Of a DNA stretch of 64,000 nucleotides, positions 57,996 through 64,000 are shown in pieces. This DNA is from Candidatus Iainarchaeum sp. (GTDB lineage Archaea > Iainarchaeota > Iainarchaeia > Iainarchaeales > JAXPJC01): contig JACPJC010000005.1 in the NCBI GenBank assembly GCA_016187745.1, forward strand, positions 234,437 through 298,436, written 5' to 3'. Within the stretch, counting starts at the first letter, position 1. Every line of letters starts with the position of its first letter. The notes beneath the pieces were generated by a model, which did no database searches, had not been told where the DNA came from, and worked only from the letters and a program-made list of their open reading frames with translations. Made by a program: the position numbers and the translations under genes.

Positions 57996-58350
57996 TTACG
58001 GCTATTCAGATTAAAAGTGCAGGCAAAAATTGGCAATAAAATTTTCAGATTTCCTTCCAAACCCTGACGCATTTCAGAATCAATCCCAATCCGGAAATTT
58101 TTTTCACTCCAAAAACAAAAAAACCCAAAAAAAAATCCCGAACATTCAAATAAATATTTGAACTTATTTAAATACTTTTTGCCTTTTTTGCGCAAAAACC
58201 GCGGAAAAAATAAAATTTTCCGGTTTTTTACGTTTTTTTCCGGAAAAATCAGAAAAAATTAAAAAAAACAAATCCAAAAACAGGAAAATCACAAAAATTT
58301 TATTAAAATCAGCAGACAAACCCAAAAAATAAAATTTACGCGCAATTTTG

Positions 58351-58425
58351 TGGGAAGGGAGCGATTTGAACGCTCGACCGCCTGCTTATCAGACAGGTGC
58401 TCTAACCAGACTGAGCTACCCTCCC
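58351..58425 (-). tRNA. tRNA-Ile(GAU)
   Basis: GGGAGGG acceptor, CCTGT-CTGATAA-GCAGG anticodon arm, GTTCAAATC T loop. Confidence 0.95.
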
Positions 58426-58488
58426 GCAACATAATATTTAAGCATTAGAATTATTTTTAAATCAGTGGGCGCATCCTTATATTGTGAG

Positions 58489-58612
58489 AGCCCCATAGTA
58501 TAGTGGCCAAGTATGCAGGGCTTTGGATAGGCTTTTTCTTTGTAAAAGAAAAACCCTGGAAAAAGAAAGAAGAAACCCTGAGACGGGAGTTCAAATCTCC
58601 CTGGGGCTACCA
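58489..58612 (+). tRNA. tRNA-Gln(UUG) with a 48-nt intron at position 37/38 (58527-58574); CCA encoded
   Basis: AGCCCCA/TGGGGCT acceptor, CAGGG/CCCTG anticodon stem; CTTT pairs with intron GAAG. Confidence 0.9.
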
Positions 58613-58614
58613 AT

Positions 58615-58720
58615 CCCTTTTCTTTTGGGAAAAGAAAAGGTCTAGGTTTTACCCCAAAAGAAAAACCAGGCCTTTCTTTTTCAGGAAAAAAGAAAGTCTA
58701 GGCGTTACCCAAATAAAAAA
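58615..58720 (+). repeat. Two tandem REP-like hairpin units related to the tRNA introns
   Basis: CCTTTTCTTTT-GGG-AAAAGAAAAGG-TCTAGG...CAAAAGAAA and CTTTCTTTTT-CAGG-AAAAAAGAAAG-TCTAGG... Confidence 0.7.
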
Positions 58721-58725
58721 AAGGT

Positions 58726-58944
58726 TTGAAGATGGGATTGAAGAAATTCATTTTCGGGGAAGATAAAAAAAGCGAATCCAATGCAGAATCAGCGGAGCAG
58801 GCAGGCGCGGATTCTTCCGAAGGGAAATTCAACGAGCCATGCGCGCTCTGCGGCGCAGCAGGAACTGAAAAGAAATGGGCGGGCCAGTACTGGCACAAGA
58901 AGTGCATGCGCAAATCAAAGAAAATCGCGAAGGGGATGATTTAA
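58726..58944 (+). CDS. Small Zn-finger protein
   Basis: CALC...WHKKC. Confidence 0.6.
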   Translation: MKMGLKKFIFGEDKKSESNAESAEQAGADSSEGKFNEPCALCGAAGTEKKWAGQYWHKKCMRKSKKIAKGMI

Positions 58945-58949
58945 AGCAA

Positions 58950-59501
58950 TTAGTCAAACTTTTTCTTTTTCTTTATGAGCCTTTCAGGCGCAATCCTCAG
59001 TTTCTGCCTCAAGTAAATGCAAACAGCATCCAGGAATACGAAAGCGGATTGCTCAAAAAGCACATGCTCAGGAACAATCAGATGCCCTGCAAGGGTTTTT
59101 ATTCTCGGCTTTATTTTCATTTCAACAATCGCATTTGAGTGCTTGCGCAAGCTTGAATGCCTGCTCTCCGTAACTGCGATAACAAATGCCCCGCTCTTTT
59201 TGGCTTTTTCAGCGGCATCCAGAGTTGGCTTAGTTTCCCCAGAGCCTGAAACAGCAATCAGCAGGTCCTTTGCATTCATTTTCGGGAATTTCTTCCCTGC
59301 AAAGCCCGCATTCAGGCCCAGATGCAGCAGGCGCAGCGCAAATCCCTGCGCCACTACTCCTGATTCCCCTGCTCCGCAGGCAAAAATCCGCTTCGCCTTG
59401 AGTATGTGGGAAGCAAGCGCCTTTGTTTCAAGCTTGTTTATCTGCTCAAGCACCAAGTGTATCTCGTCAATCAGATCCTCATTTATTTTGTAGATGTCCA
59501 T
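58950..59501 (-). CDS. SIS-domain sugar isomerase (6-phospho-3-hexuloisomerase-like)
   Basis: GAGES, RLLHLG, SGSGET, LFEQ. Confidence 0.85.
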   Translation of the reverse strand: MDIYKINEDLIDEIHLVLEQINKLETKALASHILKAKRIFACGAGESGVVAQGFALRLLHLGLNAGFAGKKFPKMNAKDLLIAVSGSGETKPTLDAAEKAKKSGAFVIAVTESRHSSLRKHSNAIVEMKIKPRIKTLAGHLIVPEHVLFEQSAFVFLDAVCIYLRQKLRIAPERLIKKKKKFD

Positions 59502-59557
59502 GTTCCCACGGACTAATAATGCGGCAAACTACAATAAATAACTTGCTGTATCAGAAC

Positions 59558-61480
59558 CTACGGTTCCGATACCTCCCTTTTCAATACCTTTTGCAGTTCT
59601 CTCTTGAGAATTGCGCTTATCTCCGCGCCCGAAGCCTTGCCCTTCAATTTCTGCATTGCCTCGCCCATGAGCGCTGAAAAAGAATTCTCCTTCTTTTCCT
59701 CGATGAGTTTTCCGTTGCTTCCCAGAATTTCCTTTATTGCACCCTCAATTCCGCCTTCAGCGAGCTTTTCAACCCTCATCCCTGAAATAATCCCGTCCAA
59801 ACTCTTCCCGGGCTCCTTGCTCCACTCCGCAAGCAAATCAAGCAGCAGCTCCTTTGTTATTTTTTTGCCCTTCAGCGCAAGCAATGCCCCCCCAATCATT
59901 TCCTCTGTAATTTTTGCAGTATCAATCCCGTTCCTGCGCAGCTGCACAATCCCTTCCAATAAAAGCGCAGCAGCTGAAGTCGCATCAATCCCCTTTCCCA
60001 GAAGCGACTCATAGAACTGCGCGTAATTGTCCAGAACCATTTTCTCTGCCAACTGCCTGCCCAGTCCTTTTTTTGTGTATAGCGCCAAACGCTGCTCCGC
60101 AGTAAGGGGAAGTCCCTTTTTTAGTGCATTAAGCATTTTCCCATCAATCCTTATTGCCTGCAAATCAGTTTCGGGGTACATGCGCGCCGCGCCCGGCAAT
60201 GGCCTTGAATACTCGGTGTTTCCGTCCTCAAGCGCATTCCTTGTTTCTTCCGGAATTCCATTGAACGCCTGCCTGCAGCGCCCAAGAATAACATTTATTG
60301 CATCATCAGCAATTTCCTTATTGCAGCAAACAAACGCAAACGCATCGTCTTTCCCAATGTCCAATACAAGCCTTATTTTTTCAACTTCATCATTTGAAAT
60401 TCCGTAATTTGGCAGCTCGTCGCTGTGTATCAGCCCCCTGACCCCAATTCTCGCATTAAGGTAATTTGCAATTTCGGTTGCAAATCTCCTGTCCGGCTGC
60501 AGCTCAAATCCAAGCAGGCCGCGCATTTTTCCCAGCTTAACCCCCACAACAGCAAGGCCCTTCTGCAGCGCATTTGCAATTATTTTGCTTTCGGTTCTGC
60601 TGAAAATTTCAGTAAGTTCAGCAAGCTTTGCATTCCCCCCCCAGAAATCTTCCTCAAATATGTTCCTGCGCTTCATTTCCTCCCTCAGTTCAAGCAATTT
60701 CATCTGCCTTTGTATTTCGCGCTTCACATACTCATCAATCTTCCCAAGCTCCTGAACCCCCTTTATCTCAACCCTTGCGCCCCGCGCAATTGAAACATTC
60801 AAATCCTGCCTTATTGTGCCCAATCCCCTTTTTGCCTTCCCTGTAAGCCTGAAAATATTCCCTATTGCAAGCGCGCATTCCTTTACCTCTTCAGGGCTCT
60901 CCAGCTGCGGCGCGGTTGCCAGCTCAATAAGCGGAATCCCGAGCCTGTCAAGCCTGTATGTTATCTCCTTTTCGCCCTTCTGCATCGGCCTTGCGGCATC
61001 CTCCTCCAGGACAATTGTCTGGACATCAACAGCCTTATTTTCCAGTTTTATTTTTCCCCCGAGCGCGCAGAGCATTGTCCTTTGGAATCCGGAAGTGTTG
61101 CTCCCGTCAATTACGGTTTTGCGCATGACCTGCAGGGCATCAGGAACTTTCGCGCCAACCATGAGCGCGATTTTCAGAATCGTATTGAGCGCCTCCGGCT
61201 CAATATTTTTCGGGGGCTCCTCATCCGCTTCTATAAGGCAGGTGGTATCGTTATACCCCTCATAAATGTAAGCAAGGCCTTTCCTCTGCGCCTCAAGCGC
61301 TGCCGCATCATATTCCCCGAGTTCTGAAGCTACAGCACGCAAATAGCGCCTTATTGTGAAGTCCGGCTTTTCCTCGCGCAATGCGCTTTGGCACCTGCAG
61401 AATAATTTGCCGGTATCAAGCTGCTGATGGCACTCCAGCCCTGCCTTCAGCCCAAGCGCGCGATAATCATAATCTGCCAT
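59558..61480 (-). CDS. gatE: Glu-tRNA(Gln) amidotransferase subunit E
   Basis: GLKAGLECHQQL, IDGSNTSGFQRT, LDRLGIPLIE, RPLPGAARMYPETD. Confidence 0.95.
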   Translation of the reverse strand: MADYDYRALGLKAGLECHQQLDTGKLFCRCQSALREEKPDFTIRRYLRAVASELGEYDAAALEAQRKGLAYIYEGYNDTTCLIEADEEPPKNIEPEALNTILKIALMVGAKVPDALQVMRKTVIDGSNTSGFQRTMLCALGGKIKLENKAVDVQTIVLEEDAARPMQKGEKEITYRLDRLGIPLIELATAPQLESPEEVKECALAIGNIFRLTGKAKRGLGTIRQDLNVSIARGARVEIKGVQELGKIDEYVKREIQRQMKLLELREEMKRRNIFEEDFWGGNAKLAELTEIFSRTESKIIANALQKGLAVVGVKLGKMRGLLGFELQPDRRFATEIANYLNARIGVRGLIHSDELPNYGISNDEVEKIRLVLDIGKDDAFAFVCCNKEIADDAINVILGRCRQAFNGIPEETRNALEDGNTEYSRPLPGAARMYPETDLQAIRIDGKMLNALKKGLPLTAEQRLALYTKKGLGRQLAEKMVLDNYAQFYESLLGKGIDATSAAALLLEGIVQLRRNGIDTAKITEEMIGGALLALKGKKITKELLLDLLAEWSKEPGKSLDGIISGMRVEKLAEGGIEGAIKEILGSNGKLIEEKKENSFSALMGEAMQKLKGKASGAEISAILKRELQKVLKREVSEP

Positions 61481-61519
61481 TCAAACCACAGAAGTAATAA
61501 TGCAAAATAGTTTATATAA

Positions 61520-62049
61520 CTATTTCAAGAACTTTATCCACTTGTTTGAAAACAGGCAAATCCACTTTTCCTTGCGGAGTATGGATTCCATTTTTTCATT
61601 ATGTATTACACAAAAAATTGCATCAACCCCGCGCATTCTTGCAATTTTTTCGTGCCTTCTTACTAGCTGAGTGGCAACACCAATCTTTTCAACATTGCTT
61701 TCAACTCCCGAAAACATAATAATCCTTCTTATTCCCGCTAGCCTGTTTTTTATTTCATCTGTTTTTGCATTTTCTCTGAATGCACTTAAATAGTTGCTTA
61801 CCTCCCCCGGGCCAATTCCCTGAAATCCGCGGTGCCCAAACCGCCCATTTTCCCTTCCCGTATTACCATATCTCCCTCGTAGAGCTTAGTGTGTTTTGGT
61901 TTTCGTGTATTATATTCATGCTTAATATTGATGGGGTTTCCCGCTATCAGCCGCTCAAACTTAAAATATTTCAGCGCATCAGAGCCTGAATGCTCAGGCT
62001 TAATGTGCCTTATTGGTATATACTCAAATCTTCTTTTTTGCAAAGCCAT
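61520..62049 (-). pseudogene. Frameshifted GNAT-like gene (two ORFs joined across a G5 run)
   Basis: Deleting one G near 61805 fuses MALQKRR... to ...EKIGVATQLV...W. Confidence 0.5.
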
Positions 62050-62592
62050 TCATCCACCAGCCAGTTTTTTTCCAAGCTCAAAGCATTCCTTCATTGTCTT
62101 TTCATCCTGTGCGGCTTCTCCGGGCGTTTTTGCCTGCGCCAGAATTGTCCCGACAACCCTAATTCCGCAAATTTCAGCAAACTCAATAAGCGCATCCCTG
62201 CAGTGCCCAAGGCTGCTCTCTTCCTCAGAGCCAACGCAGACGATTGCCGCCTTTTTTCCCCTTATTTTCTCACTTTCCCAATAGGGATTTATCCTGTCAA
62301 TGAAATCCTTCATGAGCCCCGAAACATTGTTGAAGTAATTCGGGGTCCCAAGAACAAGCGCATCGGCATAAATCACCTTTCTCAAGATTCCGGGCATGTC
62401 ATCATCAACATGGCATGTTCCCGAAGCCTCGCAGGCCATGCAGCCGTCGCAGTGCTTTATGTTCCTGTCCTTCAGAAGGACCAGTTCAACTTCAGCGCCC
62501 GCTTCTTTAGCCCCATCAAGTATCCTGCGGAGCATTGCCTCAGTATTTCCCCTTCTTGGGCTTCCACAGATTGCGAGGATCTTCATTTTCAC
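62050..62592 (-). CDS. Iron-sulfur flavoprotein / flavodoxin-like FMN reductase
   Basis: GSPRRGNT, CDGCMAC.....C, GTP.Y, KDFIDR. Confidence 0.9.
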   Translation of the reverse strand: MKMKILAICGSPRRGNTEAMLRRILDGAKEAGAEVELVLLKDRNIKHCDGCMACEASGTCHVDDDMPGILRKVIYADALVLGTPNYFNNVSGLMKDFIDRINPYWESEKIRGKKAAIVCVGSEEESSLGHCRDALIEFAEICGIRVVGTILAQAKTPGEAAQDEKTMKECFELGKKLAGG

Positions 62593-62750
62593 CCCTAATT
62601 ATGCGTCTTCTAAGAGACCTGGCCACAAATCTCTTTCTCAGGGTTGAGCCAAATAATTTTTTAATTATATTTCCCTGCGTTCGTTTTATTCCTTTGAAAG
62701 GCTTCCCTGTTTTCCTCCCCATTTTAATCCCAAACCTTATTCTATATCTT

Positions 62751-63104
62751 CTATGGCTCAAAGAAATCATTCTGCATTGCATTCAGCTTGAAAACAAGAA
62801 ACAAAAACTCGGAATCAGAATTGTTCTCAATTGAATGCACCTCATTCGGGCTGCAGAGAACTGTTGTTCCTTCAGCAAGCTCAATCTCCTCCCCATTTAT
62901 CTTTACAACGCCAGTTCCCTTCAGAGAGTAGAAGATTTCCTTTGTGTGCTTGTGGAAGTGGGCTTTGGAAACACTTCCAGGGGCAAACCTAACAACCTGC
63001 AGCACACACCCCTCTGTGCCAAGCTCTTTGGAATCAAGCAGAACCTTCTTTGCATATTGCGGATTCTCTTCCCATGTCCCCTCTTCAGGCCTAACAGCTT
63101 TCAT
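62751..63104 (-). CDS. Cupin domain protein
   Basis: HFH...EIFY..KG.G, P.EVHSIEN. Confidence 0.9.
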   Translation of the reverse strand: MKAVRPEEGTWEENPQYAKKVLLDSKELGTEGCVLQVVRFAPGSVSKAHFHKHTKEIFYSLKGTGVVKINGEEIELAEGTTVLCSPNEVHSIENNSDSEFLFLVFKLNAMQNDFFEP

Positions 63105-63109
63105 GCAAA

Positions 63110-64000
63110 TCAGGCCCCCTCCAGATCAAATGTCTCGAATTCAGTCCTTGGGGTAATTTCCCCGCGCAAATTCTGCGCAAGCAGTTTCTTCGCCTTTTCC
63201 TTCCCGTAATTCCCCAGGAGCCATGCGAGCTTTATGAATGCGGTTTCAGGCAGCATGTCCTCGCAGAAAATGACTCCCATCCCGGAGAGAATGCGCAGGT
63301 TTGTATAAACAGTCGGATGCACCCTTCCGTAGAGGCATTGGGGAGCCATAGCGACAACACACCCTGATTTTATCAATGATTGAAGCGCTTTCCTGATTTT
63401 TAGGTTTTCTTCACTTATGCCAACAGGCATGTGCCCCAATCCGGTCCCTTCAATCACAAGCCCGCTGTATTTCTGCTTCTTGTAGAATTCAAATTCAGCG
63501 GCATGCATGTTCGGATGCGTTTTAATCAATCCAACCTTATCTTCAAATCCATCCCGCAATGCCAATTTCGCATTTGCATTTCTTTTTGCATAATCCTTCT
63601 TCAGAAATCCAATTTCCTTTGTCTTGTAATTTATGCGCGCGATTGCGGTATCATTGATTGCGCGGAATGCATCCCTCCTGCTTGTGTGCATCTTGCGCGT
63701 TTTTGTTGCCGGCAAAATTGCGCAGCAGCCATCATCAGAAGCATCATGCATGCATATCGCTACCCCGACAAAATCAGTTTTTGCAATAAACTCTGCAGCG
63801 CAAAGGAGATTCATTGCCGCATCCGAACTGCCCCTGTCGCTGCTTCTCTGCGCCCCTACAAGAATTACAGGCACGTTCAGATTCTCAAGCATAAAGGAAA
63901 GCGCCGCAGAAGTGTATGCGAGCGTATCTGTGCCATGGCCTATTATTATCCCCCTGGTCCCCTGCTTTATTTCATTTGCAACAGCGCCAGCGATTTTTTT
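63110..64000 (-). CDS. gatD: Glu-tRNA(Gln) amidotransferase subunit D (5' end outside window)
   Basis: HGTDT, VGAQRSSDRGSSD, KMHTSRRDAF, GTGLGH, EDMLPETA..KL.W. Confidence 0.95.
   Translation of the reverse strand, partial: KKIAGAVANEIKQGTRGIIIGHGTDTLAYTSAALSFMLENLNVPVILVGAQRSSDRGSSDAAMNLLCAAEFIAKTDFVGVAICMHDASDDGCCAILPATKTRKMHTSRRDAFRAINDTAIARINYKTKEIGFLKKDYAKRNANAKLALRDGFEDKVGLIKTHPNMHAAEFEFYKKQKYSGLVIEGTGLGHMPVGISEENLKIRKALQSLIKSGCVVAMAPQCLYGRVHPTVYTNLRILSGMGVIFCEDMLPETAFIKLAWLLGNYGKEKAKKLLAQNLRGEITPRTEFETFDLEGA

Noticed and set aside
57970-58110. Possible c-di-AMP riboswitch in the leader of the ligase/aminomutase operon
   Set aside because: Consensus elements could not be matched by eye; an Rfam scan would be needed
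62540-62782. 80-aa basic ORF between the cupin and flavoprotein genes
   Set aside because: Overlaps both neighbours and has no motif; insufficient support

Overview
Archaeal chromosome segment, most likely a DPANN lineage such as Iainarchaeota/Diapherotrites (inferred from fibrillarin-Nop5, NMD3, GatDE plus GatCAB, archaeal GlyRS/AspRS, intron-containing tRNAs and a giant Cys-rich surface protein). Bases 1-21.8 kb are an accessory island, AT-richer in several blocks. It holds (i) a secondary-metabolite-like cluster (radical SAM/SPASM, SerRS, LeuA-like synthase, ACP, FkbH, AcpS, nucleotidyltransferase, NMP kinase); (ii) a KaiC-V4R-class I terpene synthase operon facing five tandem paralogous wHTH-sensor regulators plus a solo wHTH; (iii) three copies of a ~41-bp palindrome-containing promoter element in front of a B12 radical SAM/B3-4/MazG operon, a secreted Cys/Trp-rich protein and an HTH gene; (iv) two IS200/605-type MITEs. 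The rest is mostly housekeeping translation and RNA-processing genes. It also has two non-autonomous TnpB elements with a shared left end, a 2827-aa surface protein, a YbaK/ProX-GatB fusion, a Ddl-like/MurL-like/lysine 2,3-aminomutase operon and four tRNAs. Two tRNAs carry introns built from a hairpin repeat that also occurs free in intergenic DNA. No CRISPR array or rRNA was seen. All calls come from motif recognition by eye; no database searches were run.
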